Below are positions 42,201 through 55,514 of a stretch of 64,000 nt of DNA, piece by piece. Made by a program: the position numbers and the translations under genes. Numbering within the stretch: position 1 is the stretch's first letter; every line of letters begins with the position of its first letter. Source of the DNA: the human T2T-CHM13v2.0 reference genome, Homo sapiens. The notes under the pieces are model-generated. The model was not told the origin of the DNA. It searched no databases and worked only from the letters and a program-made list of their open reading frames with translations. The stretch lies in assembly GCF_009914755.1 (NCBI RefSeq), contig NC_060935.1, one strand, 5' to 3'.

Positions 42201-43384
42201 TTTTGACACACTCAGTGTTGGAATAGAGGGCAGCCACTATATAGACACTTAACACTGTGTGGTTAGAAAGAACAAAGTGTCTTGTACTAAAACAAACTCT
42301 TATCTTTTAGCTTACAAATGGGAATCTTGAGCAAAGGGCAGCCCTCTATTTTCAAGGTCACTTTACTCATTATGATATTGATGCCATTTATCATGAAAAT
42401 TTTTGTTCAGTGGATGGGCATGTGCTCAGTGAGCATCTCCTGTGTTCTAGGCATTTGTAAATTGATTCCACAAAGTCCAGTAGATCATGGTCCTGGTAGT
42501 AATCTAGGAAATGAGCCAAGTTTAACAACCACTTTTATATTCATACTTTTTTCAAATTCTTATTACAAACCTGAGAGGAAGGTTTAGACCATACATAAGT
42601 GAGAAAATTAAAGTAGGGAGAGATTAGATAATTAGCCTGTGGTTTACCCAGCTAGGGAAAGAGCTTAAATTTCTTATGTCCATGTGCTTTCTATTGTACT
42701 ACAACTTCCTCTTAGAATTAACATTTATATATTTTAGAACTTTACAATGGCCCTTTAATCCAACTAGTGCATTTGTATATTTTAGGGCTCTACAGCAACC
42801 CTGTAATCCATATAGTAGAGACGTTAATACCTTATTTTATAGTTGAAGACACTTGAGATAACAGTGACTTGCCTGATGGCACAAAACTATTATGTAGTCA
42901 GAACTGGGTGGGCGTAAACCTGCCCTTCATCCTGAATTCTCTGCCCTTTCTTCTCAGCACCTGAGAGGCTAGCGATTTTAATACTCGGCAACGTTTATCA
43001 AACCGTTACCATGTATAATAAACTATGCCTGATGCTATGAATTGATACTGAAAGAAATAGGATTACACAGTTCCACTACCCTTTATAATGTAATGGTAGA
43101 GATAGGATAACCACATAAGAAAAATACCTAACGTTCATTATAATTAAACAATATAAGCAAAAGTAAACCAGTAACTATAGTGAAGTAAATATGTCACCAC
43201 TAATTGGAAGCAATTTGAAGCATTATCTGGCTAATATCAAACAGCCTTCTGAGAAGCTTTTCGGTGCTTGTTCCTGCTAGTTTCTTCTAGGAAAAAGTAC
43301 GGGTGGTGATTTTTCAGCCTCTTCAGGGCTATTGGCTTCTCCCTTGTAATCTATAACCATGTTTGGGTCTTTCCTATTTTAAGA

Positions 43385-44260
43385 TATAAAATCTTGACAG
43401 TTGCCCGGATTCCCTACTCTCTTATCATCCCATCTTCCTTCTCCACTCCCAGCAAAACTTCTCAAAATATTGGCTAAACACTCTACTGTCTGGCTGTTTT
43501 CTTTCTTTTTCTTCATGACTCTGTTTCCTCTGCCTGTCCCTTAAATATCAGTGACTATTGTCTTATTGTCCTTATTCATAAAATTTTATATATCGTAATG
43601 GTGTCCAAATCTTCATCTTTAGCTCATTTTTCTCATTCAACTCCAGATTGTTTCCCTGGATGTTCCACAGGCACTTCAAATTGAACACGTATAAAGTGGA
43701 ATTCATCATTTTCTTCTGTAAAACTGGCTCTGTTCCTGCTTTCTTGTTAGTTAATGGTATCACCAGTCACCTGGTCACCTGAACTAGAAACCCTGGGAGT
43801 CATTTTTGACTTTACCTTCTCCCTCAGCCCCTGTAATTTCTGAATAGCTTGCTTTTTAACATGATCGTGAATCTGCCTCTGCTTTCTATTTATTCTACCA
43901 GTGAATCACTTCAAGCTCTCACGATCTCTCTGCTGTATTTTTGCAGTATCTTCCTAACTCTTCTCCCAGCCTTCAGTCTTGTTTCCTGCATATTCATCAG
44001 CTCCATGATTCTCAGGATGAGTTTTCCCTAAAACTTCGTTGTTGTATTCCCTTCCTTAAAACCTTTCAGTTTTTTCCGTTTCCTGTAGGATAACATTAAA
44101 CCTCCTAATGTGGTATACAAGATCTCCTCTGAGGCTCCTAGTTAGATGCTCCTGACAATGTCTACCATTGCCAGGCTGCTTTGGCAACATCAGATATTTT
44201 GTGCTTACTCATATATACCATAATACATTTTGACTACAGTTCCTTTTCTTATGATATCCC
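43385..44260 (+). mobile_element. L2
   Basis: CCCTGGATGTTCCACAGGCACTTCAAATTGAACACG...AATGGTATCACCAGTCACC...AGAAACCCTGGGAGTCATTTTTGAC. Confidence 0.8.
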
Positions 44261-44589
44261 TTCTTCTCTGAGTACTCCAGAGCCTGTATATCCTTCTCCC
44301 TACTGATTATTTTAGTAAAAAAGCCTGATACCTAATAGTTGAAATTACAGAGGTCAATTTTAGCTGCCTATATTTTGATTAATATGCATCATAGGCCAGC
44401 CCCTTAAGTAATGAGTTATCAGGTTGTTAGAAGTTAGCGTGTTGTTTAATATTACCTGTTTTAATGTATGCATGAGTCCTTCTCAGTACTCATCGTCTCA
44501 GATGCTGGAATCATTCAGTGTTTGGACCCTTAGCTGATGCTAAACAGAAAGGACTCTACCCAAACTCAGAACCAAAAGAGATGACATTT

Positions 44590-45030
44590 TGTATTATTTA
44601 GGATTAGGTCCAGTTATAGGTAACTAAAAAATTGAGAAGAACAATGGCTTAAGCAAAATAGGTTACTTATCTGTCATTGAAATTTCCAGAGATATGTACC
44701 AGTATGGCAGCTCAGTTACATGAAGTCCTCAGGGATGCAGAGCCCTTTCAGCAATTCGTCCCACTTTTCTTAGTGTATATTCCTTGGGTTCATTGTCTGG
44801 TGGCATCAGTTTTCTAGGCAACAGATGGAGGAAGAAACAAAGGAGGGCAAGTGGCACACTCTGGTCATCTTTTAACGATGATTCTTAGAAGCTGCCACAG
44901 AATACTTGGTTTCTAGCCCATGAGCTAGAACTTAGCCAGCACTCATTCCCAAATACAGTTATCCAGTTATCCAGTTAAAGGTTCTTTTACTATGGAAGAA
45001 GATAATGGATTTTAGGGACAGATATTAAAG
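44590..45030 (-). mobile_element. Old MLT1-type LTR
   Basis: ACAATGGCTTAAGCAAAATAGG...CCCATGAGCTAGAACTTAGCCA...GGTTCTTTTACTATGGAAGAAGATAATGGAT. Confidence 0.6.
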
Positions 45031-45435
45031 GATTCATCCAAACTGTTTAGCCTGATGTTCAATCTGTACCTTCTTTTTCAGACCTTTCTTCAATTACTTA
45101 TCCACATGAATCCTATGTACCAGCCAAAAGCCTTCTCATTGCCCTTGGTTGGAAGTGATCAACTCCTCTTCTAAATCTTGTAATAGTTTTCATCTGTATT
45201 GCAGATATATGCTCAACTGTTATTGCTGTCATTTGTATATGTAGCTTCCCTAAATTGTAAGCTGTCACCACAGTATATGTTTCTGGGGTCAGTAACTAAG
45301 TATCATATGTCTTGCAATGCCTAGTCTAGTACTTTATACATAATGGGTTTTCAATAAATACTTCTTATGTGAGTAAATACATAATTACATAATTTGATTA
45401 TTTCTTGGTTTCTTGTAGCATTTTAAGAAAGAAAG

Positions 45436-45568
45436 ATGGATCAACCTAGTGGAAGAAGTTTCATGCAAGTATTATGTGAAAAATATAGTCCTGAAAATTT
45501 TCCTTATCGCCGTGGCCCGGGGATGGGAGTCCATGTCCCAGCCACACCTCAGGGCTCTCCTATGAAAG
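45436..45568 (+). CDS. TBCEL: TBCEL first coding exon (exon 45419-45568; CDS 133 nt, [44 protein letters not shown])
   Basis: Acceptor TTTCTTGTAG|C, ATG in strong context AAGATGG, in-frame upstream TAA (45424-45426), donor AAG|GTAAGA, phase 1. Recognised TBCEL N-terminus. Confidence 0.96.
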
Positions 45569-47272
45569 GTAAGAAAGATGGGACCTAAAACACTTATTTA
45601 GTGGAGCTTACTTAGGATGTTAAATCACAGTGTTGCCTTGTTTGCAAATGATTTATTTTATTTTTAATTACAGTCAAATAGTCTTTCCCCCTTGTTATGA
45701 TTTCAGTTTTCTAAAGAACGTAACAGGACTGGTTTTCCTCCAGATTGATTAAGAGATGTTTTAGTTGCATGTGTATGACAGGAATAATATTTGAGTGATA
45801 ATATTTCAAATGCATATTCTTTTATGGAACATAGAGGGTACAAAACAGTACAGGACTGGCCTGTGCCCTCCAGGACCTCATAGCCTAATTGGTTTACAAG
45901 ACATTCACATTTACAAAGGTAAATAAACACAAGACAATTTATGTTGAGCCAAATGAATGGTATAGTGATTTGGAAAGAAATTTAAAAGATAATTAATATG
46001 ATCAAGAAATGATTCAAAGCTGTGAGATTTTAACTAGTTCTTCAAGAATGTAGAATTTGGTTAGAGATGAGATACATTCTAGGAGAGGGATTAGATGTGA
46101 GCAAAAATCTGTAACTAGAAGTGTGCAAGGTATATTTTTGCTTGTCTTTTAGCTTAATGTTGCCATTAACAGTTCTTGGAAGTAGTTTTTTGTAATTGTG
46201 GGGGATTAATATTGAGTCACTGTTTTAGTTCTTACTTTCAAAGGTTACTGAGTGTTTGCTGTTTCTAAATACAATAATTTTATCTCTATGTAACCTGGAA
46301 TGGCAGAGAGAAGTGGATTTCTTACTTGGTAATTTTTTTTTTCCGGGATCCATTCCCACTGTGATAAATATGTTGCTGAAAGTAGCAAGTTGAAAACCAT
46401 GTAATTTGAGGTCTCCATTAATAAAGTACTACCTTGATGAGTCCTTGTTTTATACCAAATGGGAAAAGAGTGGTTGCATTCTCATGTTTATCCTTTTTAG
46501 TAGAGATTGTAAGAGTGATTTTATTGACACATGTGTTTTTGAACCAGGCAGTAGTCAAAAAGTTGTTACCTCAGTTTGACCAAATTCAATGTTAATAGTT
46601 TAAGACTGAAACACTTTCTTCCATTACAGTTAAATTTTTAAAGAAGGCTAATTTTCATAAGGGACAAATTCTGTAGGGATATGAAATGGAGATAATTGAT
46701 AGACAAGAGAGAGAGATGTAGAGTTCTGAATGGATCCACTTAAGTGAGGAAGATTTCTTGAATGATGTAAACTTAACAGAAGTGATTTAATAGATTAATG
46801 GTTTGAGATGATTTTCAGAGGCACAAAAGATAAAGATACACATCAGATAGAGAGAAAAGAGCCATCCAGAATACTTTGGAACTAAATTTCAAAAAGAAAG
46901 AATTGAGGCCTATAAGAAAGTACTGGTAGTCCACACATGAATTTCATGGATCTCTTGTTCAGATGATAAGATGATAGCGTGGATGAGGGCTCTGTTGTTG
47001 GTAATTGAGATAAACAATCCTGCTATGAGTTAAAGCCTAGAGGACTTTTTTTGGTGGTACGGGTGCAGTACTTCTGAACTCCTCCTGGGCAATAACTGGC
47101 TGTCTCCTCTTAGGATTCAGTACCCTTTGGTCCCATTATATCCTGTATTTTCTAGATCCTTATGTAATTTCACACAGTTTGATTTTTGTTTCTTGACACT
47201 TCCTGGGGGCTGAACATATGTAGACAAGAATTTGGCTGATATAGAAAACATTTTGTGTCTCTCATCATTCAG

Positions 47273-47412
47273 ATCGCCTCAACCTCCCAAGTGTACTAGT
47301 GTTGAACAGCTGTGGAATAACCTGTGCAGGAGATGAAAAAGAAATTGCTGCTTTCTGCGCTCATGTGTCGGAACTAGATCTTTCTGACAACAAACTCGAA
47401 GACTGGCATGAG
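47273..47412 (+). CDS. TBCEL: TBCEL coding exon (140 nt; [16 protein letters not shown]...[15 protein letters not shown])
   Basis: CATTCAG|AT acceptor and GAG|GTGAAG donor, phase 1 to 0. LRR motif LDLSDNKL. Confidence 0.97.
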
Positions 47413-47578
47413 GTGAAGTTTTTATATTGCTACATTTTAGTGAAAAGCAGCAATAACCATTGTGTCATTGTTTATGTTATTATATGTTCTGCTAAATTCT
47501 GTTCTCACTTGATGTCTGTATGACTTCTTGTTGTCTGTATATCTTATTGTCTGTATGTCTTTATATCAAGATAAATAA

Positions 47579-47703
47579 GGCCTATAATCCCAGTGCTAAG
47601 GAGGCTGAGGCAGGAGGATCACTTGAGCCCAGGAATTCAAGACCAGTCTGGGCAACATAGCAAGAACCCATCTTTAATTTAAAAAAAAAAAAAAAAAAAA
47701 AAA
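47579..47703 (+). mobile_element. FLAM-type Alu monomer
   Basis: CCTATAATCCCAG...GGATCACTTGAGCCCAGGAATTCAAGACCAGTCTGGGCAACATAGCAAGA plus poly(A). Confidence 0.88.
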
Positions 47704-48269
47704 GGCAAATAACTGACTCTATCTATGGTGATTTTTCGTTAGCTTTGTTATTGTTATTGTTGCTTTGTTATTGTTAATTTATTTTTCATTGTTCATTTGT
47801 TTTCATCAATCACTAAGGAAATTTAGGCATCAAGAGGTTGATTAGTCTTTGTCAGCTTAAACTGCTAACAGTGCATTAAATTTTCTACTGTTTCACTAAT
47901 TTATACATCTTATGCTCATTCTCTACTTCTACTTCAATATTTATTACTGAAAATTGACATAAAATTGTTGAAACTGAGAATATATATAAATATATTTATT
48001 CTTGTTATTGAAATTTATTCAAATATTTTACAACTTTTCTTATATTATCAAATCCCTTGGGTGGTTTGACATAACTGATGTCTTGACCTCAGAGTAACTA
48101 TAAACTACACACATAGTTTGTAAAAGTACACAAATACAGTTTTGTAACATTCTCTTATTATTATATGTAACATTACCTACCTGCTTATAACATTACCTGA
48201 TAGGAGCTACCCTGAAGAAGAAGGTTAAAATGTTCTTCCTACTTGGTTCATTCTTCTGCCTTAATTTGG

Positions 48270-48905
48270 GCTCTTATTTTTTGATTTGACTTTAGGAAGA
48301 CTTTCCTAATGGGTTTTCCTGGATCCAGCTTTATTCTGTTTCTGCTAAGCTGTCTTCCGTAGTGCTACCACAGACTCCTTTTAATATATGACTCATGATT
48401 ATGACACTGTCCTGCATAAAGGCCTACAGTTGCCTTTCTTTGCCTAGAAACTAAAGTCTGACTCTATAAGCATGACCCTTCATCATATGGCCCTTTGCTA
48501 TTTCTAGAACTTTTTCTCCCTCTTTAGCCATATACTTTTACTTGCAGCTCATGATAAACTCAAAATAAAAAGCTTCCTTGCTTTTATTCATTCTGAACCC
48601 ACTGCTCTCTTTCTTTTCTTGTCTACCTGGCCACTTCCTATTTATCCTTCAAGACTTGGCCCAAGTTGCTATTCCTCTGTGAAATTTTCCCTGGCTGTCT
48701 CACAGACAGAGTCAGATTATCGCAGAGCACCTACACTATACCACTGTGAAAGGATTTATCACAGTCTTGTATAATGACTTGCTTACTTGACAGTTTTCCT
48801 AATAGACTATGAGCTTATTCCAAGTGGAGATTTTTATCTTTTTTTTATCATAAGCCCAGCATACCAAGTAGTCAAATATTTGTTGAGTGCGTTAATGATT
48901 AAATG
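48270..48905 (+). mobile_element. L2 3' region
   Basis: CCTATTTATCCTTCAAGACTTGGCCCAAG...TAGACTATGAGCTTATT...AAATATTTGTTGAGTG. Confidence 0.7.
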
Positions 48906-51900
48906 ATTATATCTTAAGGATTAATCAAGACCTCTTGTTCCAACTTTTCCTGTGATCTTAAGAAATTTACTTAATCCTTTAGAGCTTTAGTTTGCTTATC
49001 CATAAGGTAGGCTTGCCGATAAAATTAATCATTGAAACACTTAGTAGATATTGAATGCTATACAAATCCTAAGACAGATTTCTTGTTTAAGAAAAACCTA
49101 TCCATAACCTAGTTTTGGTAAGCTTTTCTTAAATTTCTCTATTTTATGCCCTTGTTAAATCTGGTAACTGTGTTCGTGGTTATATTTCCTACTTTTATTA
49201 GGATTTTAACCAAAATTCTTTGCAATGCATGTCACCTATTTCTAAGTGATTTATTAACATATGCAAATTTATAGGGCTATTCTAAAAAATAATTTCTATT
49301 TGTATATATATTTATTTACTTATCTGAACAACTTGTATAGTTTACTGTTTAACAAATTACAGATTGTGCCTTCTTGGTCCTCTGCAACATTTAACTGCCA
49401 TGCATGCTTTATCTGCACTTCAAATTTGTTTCTTTGGAAATACAAAATTTTACAAAGGTTTTGTGCCTGGACCATGTATATAAGCTTTTGCTAATTGGTG
49501 GGAACAGTTTAATAGTGATGTAGTTGCTACCTCAGGAGGAAGATGTGTGTAATATGGATCAGTATACAGTGTGTACACTAAGTAATTCAGCATTTTTCCC
49601 TGCTTAGACAAAAGTCTATGTTACATTTTTCTCAAGCCACATTGACATATATCCAGAGGGTCACATACTTATTTATACTGTATTTATACTCAGTTTGTGT
49701 ATTCCTAAGTGCTCTATAGTCTGTTTTCAGGCAGTTTTCAAGTAAATATTTGTTGCTGCTACTTTCAGGTATCCATTTTCTAATTTATTTTTGTTTTCAT
49801 CATTCCTTTATATTTCCTCTTTATCCTTAACTGTAGTTGATCCCAGTCTTCTAGAGGATATATCAGAACATAGAAAAGGGAGAAATATGACAAAAGAATG
49901 TTGATTTTTAGGATTGATTAAACTCTTGGCCAGGCTACAAATGCTTCATAGGTCGCCTGTTTTAGGACATTACATTTCAACCCCATTATAACCCATATAT
50001 CTGATTACCAAAAAGATAATTTGTCCTTAGCTATTAACGGAATTTATTTCAGCCAGTATTGATAGGGCAATGTGGAACCAGTTGTATAATTTTTCCCTTA
50101 GTTTTTTGGATGACCAAGAATATTATAGGTTATGAGTAACTTCTTTTGTAACTTAATTTGCTGGCTGCTATATATCCAGAGACTAAGATAAATATGGATG
50201 AGAGAAGTAATACTTCTGGGGAGGCAAAGATTTGTCTTCACCCTTCTAAAATTGGGCACCTATGTTTAAAAATAATGCATTTTTTTTTAGCTTTTGACTT
50301 GAATTTTTGGCTGAGTAGATCTTTGTCTGACCTTTCCCAAGCTACCTTCTTTTTACTCCATTCCTTATCAAAACCATTTTATAAAAGAAATTAAACCTAG
50401 TGGTTGAGAGGAGGGAGGAAGTAGCCACTCAGGTAAGGTAGAGAATAGCTTAGGTACAGATGACAGATTGTTGTCTTAAAACCCTTTTCCCATTTTTCTT
50501 AAATCTTCAGTTTCTTCCTTTTTGGAAGCCAAAGTAAAGGGTCCCCTATTACATCATAGAATTGTAGAAACCTAAAATGTGATCTGAGTTCATCTCCATG
50601 TTTCTGCACATGAGCATACTCATTCCAGTTAGAGGAGTCTTTTTTATTTTTAGAATTTAAAAAAGAGAAGTCAATATACTGCCCTAGAAACTCATGGAAT
50701 GTTTGTCGGCTTTTGGTACTGGCAAGTTTTTCTGTCATAAGTAAATTTATCTGTGTAATGAATATTATGTCTTCCTGAGTCTTATCAATTTGAGGTTACT
50801 CAAAAAAACCTTTTTTATTTTATCCCTTTAAAGAAAATATTCATTTATTTCTAACATTTGTTATTTTTCCTGCTTGAATGATTAAATTCTAGTTCAGTTT
50901 TATCTTTTAGGATATTCTAGGGTTAACAAGTCATTATTCTGAATATTAATTTTCACTGTACAGTAATGCTGATGCAGACCATGGTGATTACATCATATGT
51001 CTGCTAGCCTTGGGAAATCTCCCAGAAATTGTTTCAAAACCCTTAAATTATCTATTTTTTAAAGCGTTTTCCTCTTTATTATAAAAATAAAATATGAGTG
51101 GTAGTAGTTAGCAAAGGGTTTATGTTTTGTTTTTATTTAACTGGGGTTGTCCTATAAGTTATTCTTCGTGCTTTAGTTGGAGCATAATTCCTGTCCCCCT
51201 CCAACCTCCACAAAGAGGTTAAGTATAGCTGGTAAGCATCTTCTGTATGAAAGTTCTTCGTATCGGTATTCAATCATAGAATGCAGTACAGATTGGTTCC
51301 TGCATGAACTATTTAGCTGTGTTTTGGTCACAGACTGAGCTCCAAATACTAGCCATATATTGCACAAATGTTTGGTACCATTTGATCGCAAAAGGGATCA
51401 AGCAAGAGAATATGTGCACACTGGTATAAATTCCTTACACTTTAAACAGAAGCCTAGTATATTTTCTCTAAAAGGCAGCTCATTTCTTCATTTGTAAAAT
51501 GAGGATAAAAATGGTACCCACTTTATAGGGTTAGTGTGTGGAATAAGTGAAATAGTGAATGCAGGGAACCTTTTCTTCTCACCTACTCTTCTGAAACTTC
51601 TTGGAATTAATCTACTTCTCACTGATTTTAGAGCTCCTGAACTCAATGTTTACACAGTAGATCTGATGTAAAGTACAGATTACTTTTTCTTTCTACCCAT
51701 GGTTCTCCCTCCTGGATACTCTTTTGGCATTACTTCTGGAGCTCTGAAAAGAAAGATATTCAGGTTGCAACCCTGAAGCTTGTCCCACCTATGAAGCTTC
51801 TGATTCAGTAATTATGGTGGAACCTTGGAATCAGCATATTTTAAATTCTGTCAGTGATTCCGATGGGTAGCTAAGGTTGAGATAATGGTTCATATTATGC

Positions 51901-52059
51901 TTATGTTCATAATAGTTACATTTATTAAATGATTTTTTGCCATTAAGTTATTCAATAAATAAGTGTCCACTATGCAGTAGTGAAGTAGGTAAGTACTATA
52001 TCTGCTTTTATAGAGCTTACATGCTAGTTGGGGGTACGTAGGGAAACAAGTTTCAAAAA

Positions 52060-52260
52060 AATGTGTCACTTGCTATGCTAAGCACTTTAATGTGTATCTC
52101 ATTTAATCCTACCAACAGATGGGAACTATTTTCCCTATTTTACAAATGAGGAAACTGAGATTTGGAAAGATTAAGTCACTTGTCTGAAATCACACAGCTA
52201 GGAAGTGTTGGAACCTCGTTTGAACCCAGGCTTTTTGACTCTAAAACTAATCCTAACTAC
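52060..52260 (-). mobile_element. MIR
   Basis: CCCTATTTTACAAATGAGGAAACTGAGATTTGGAAAGATTAAGTCACTTGTCTGAAATCACACAGCTAG. Confidence 0.85.
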
Positions 52261-53296
52261 TCTTTTCTCCTTTTCTTATAGCTTTTACTTACCACATTGC
52301 CTGGTTGTTTGATGCTTAATACATTTGCTGGACATCTAGCATTTATTTCATACTTGTTTAAGCTGATCCTTCTCGCAGATTGTGCCAACTAGTCTTCAGT
52401 TTTCTTTATTCATTTTTTCTGCTTATATTTATGATGTATAAATATGGTATATTGGAAAGAAAAATGGCTCTGAGTTTTAAATCCCAGACGTGACCTTTGT
52501 AACTGTAAGGCCTTAGTCAAATTATTAGTCAGATTCCTCATTTATTAAAATGAAAGTAGTATTATCTTGCAAGTTGTTTTGAGAATTTAATGAATAAACT
52601 ATATCAAAGAGACTAGTACCATGCAGACCAAATAGCTAAGGTCAGTAATGCTCATTTTCTTTTTTTCCTTTTTGTCTACCAAGTTGCTAGCTAAATCGTT
52701 GATAATCTTGTTTTCCCTTTCGTTATATAGTTACGGATTTTTTTTTTGTTTTTGAGTAAACATATTTTAAAGTTTGGTACATCTTTGAACCAAATTGAAA
52801 CTGTTTTCTAAGTGATTGTGATAATGTAGTCAAATTTAACACATGAATTGTTACCAGGTGAATTTTAACCTTTAATTAGCCTTAATATTTTGCCAAGAAT
52901 GAGAGGAAGGAGATATTCGAAGAGGATTATATGAACTAATCTCAGCTCTTTAAGAAATGTCATCAAAACTGTCTTTTCTCCACTTATCAAAGAGAACGTC
53001 ACATAGAGCAGAATCAGAAACCTTTCTAAAGGCGACATAGGAAATCTTCCTTTTTACCATTAAGTTCTGTTATGTACCAGTCAGTTATGCCACTATTTCA
53101 TTGAAAGATTAAATTATTTGCCAAGGTTTGTTGAAATCACTTATGTCCCTCTGTGAGTACCGTCACTAAATAATAGGACTCCTTGATGTAAATGGCCCTT
53201 TGCCTGGAGACCAGCTCCTCTAGGCTTTCTTGAGCACGATTGCTATTTAACAGCTCTGATTACTGCCTGATAATGCTTTTCTTTTTTTCTCCTTAG

Positions 53297-53478
53297 GTCA
53301 GTAAAATTGTGTCAAATGTTCCTCAGTTGGAGTTTCTAAACCTGAGTTCCAACCCTCTGAATTTGTCGGTTTTAGAAAGAACATGTGCTGGGTCCTTCTC
53401 TGGGGTTCGCAAACTTGTCCTCAACAACAGCAAAGCTTCTTGGGAGACGGTCCACATGATACTACAGGAGTTACCAGA
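53297..53478 (+). CDS. TBCEL: TBCEL coding exon (182 nt; [21 protein letters not shown]...HMILQELPD)
   Basis: Strong polypyrimidine acceptor CCTTAG|GTC and donor AGA|GTAAGC, phase 0 to 2. LRRs LNLSSNPL and LVLNNS. Confidence 0.97.
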
Positions 53479-54797
53479 GTAAGCCCAGAGAGCATGAGGG
53501 CGAGGGAGTTATGTTGCCATCTGTGTTAGTACATAGGAGTACTGCTGATCTCCCACGCAAGAAATACTAGAACTGCAGATTGAGTGGAGAAAGAGGTTAG
53601 AAAAACGAAGTTATTGGAATGAGAATGTGAGGGTAATCTAGTAGCATTTCCAGTGGAATACATGTTCAGTGTTGAGTAGCACCAAGACATGGGATATGTC
53701 ATCTCTGAGCTAGAAAATACCCCTGAGAAGCACTTATCACTCTAAATCAACTCAGCCTTACTCTGTTTTAATCTTCTGATATGAGAATTGAGCCTCAGCC
53801 CTTTTCTTTGGGAGGAAAAGTCATAGTATCACTAAAATGTGTTAACATTCAGATGATTAAGTGCCTAGCTGATCTGATGGGAAAATTGACCTAGTATTGT
53901 TTTCAAAAATTTAAGAAAGAAATTTTATTTTTGTCAATTAAAACATGCTTTATTATGTTTCGTTTGTCCCTATCTTTGTATTTACATGTAAGTGTGCAAA
54001 GGAAATTTAAAGAGGCTGTAGTTTCTTTGACTGTCTAAATATGGAAATTCTCAAAGCCCTTTAGAATCTTGTCCATCTTAATTTCACACTCTTCATCTTA
54101 TTCCGTCTTAATTTCACACTCTAACTCTAATGAGATTGGTTTCCTCACTGCACCCAACACCCAGCATGGCAGAGAATGAGCTTTTAAGTGCTAGTTTCAC
54201 TACTAACCATATGACCTTTGATAAGCTACTTAACTTCTTTGAGCTCAGTTTCCTTGTCTGTAAAATGGGCATAATTGCATTTACCTGCAGAAGTAGGACT
54301 AAAATCTATAATACACCTGGCATAGGGTCTGACACAGGGTAGGGATTCAATAAATGATCGTTATTATTTCTACTTCTAAACATTTGTTCATGTTGTTTCT
54401 GGAATTTTCTTCTATCTCCTTTCAACTTATGGAAGTCCTCCCCTCCTTCAAGGCCATGTATTCTTCTGATTATTCTAAGTATAATTTTAATTTCATTCTT
54501 ATGTGAATGGCTATTATACTTACAGTCAGTACTGCTTAATTTAGTACTTAATTATTTAAGCACAAAAGTAATTTCGCACTACCTTATATCATTCTTCGCT
54601 ATTTCAGTGTGTACTTCAGGTTTTGTCTTCCCAGCTATATTTTGAACTTCAGGAAGACATCTTGGTATTTTCTCCACAATTCCTAGCAGAGTCTCACATA
54701 TAGTAGGCACTTACTTATTTATTGAATGAATGAAAATAGGTGTAAAGTAGAAATTAAACTGCTTTAAACAATGAAATATTTCCTTTTTTCTCTGCAG

Positions 54798-55054
54798 TTT
54801 GGAGGAGCTCTTCCTGTGCCTTAATGACTATGAAACAGTGTCTTGTCCTTCTATTTGCTGTCATTCTCTTAAGCTACTACATATAACAGACAATAACCTC
54901 CAAGACTGGACTGAAATACGAAAGTTAGGAGTTATGTTTCCTTCACTGGATACCCTCGTCCTGGCCAACAATCATTTGAATGCTATTGAGGAGCCTGATG
55001 ATTCATTGGCCAGGTTGTTTCCTAATCTTCGATCCATCAGCCTCCACAAGTCAG
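54798..55054 (+). CDS. TBCEL: TBCEL coding exon (257 nt; [11 protein letters not shown]...[10 protein letters not shown])
   Basis: TCTCTGCAG|T acceptor and CAG|GTGAGG donor, phase 2 to 1. LRRs LHITDNNL and LVLANNHL. Matches ORF 54799-55098. Confidence 0.97.
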
Positions 55055-55514
55055 GTGAGGTTCAGGCTTGTTCTTATTCTACATGCAAATTAACCTGAGC
55101 ATATGCATGAAATACAATGAAAGTATATTTCTTTCAGTCACAGTTTTACCTTTTTTAGAGTGAATTTTCTATATGACATGCAGATGCCTATGATTGGCTA
55201 AATTTAAGAGATTCATTTTCATAAATGATCTGATAAATATTAAGTGGCATAGCATTACATTGACAATTTATATTTTATACATTAAAGGGGTCATGCTATG
55301 AAAAAAGTGAAATGAAATTGATGCACTGGATATTAAAAGACACAGTAAAAATAGTACAAAGAATTACAAAATAGACCATTTTATCTGGACTTAGTTTAAG
55401 AAATCCCAACCTGCTGTCTTTTCAAATGCTGACTTTTTTAGTATCTGTATGTAATTGATTGTCAGTTTATTGCCATTTGATCCTGTGTATCACAGGAATG
55501 AATTTATTTAGCTT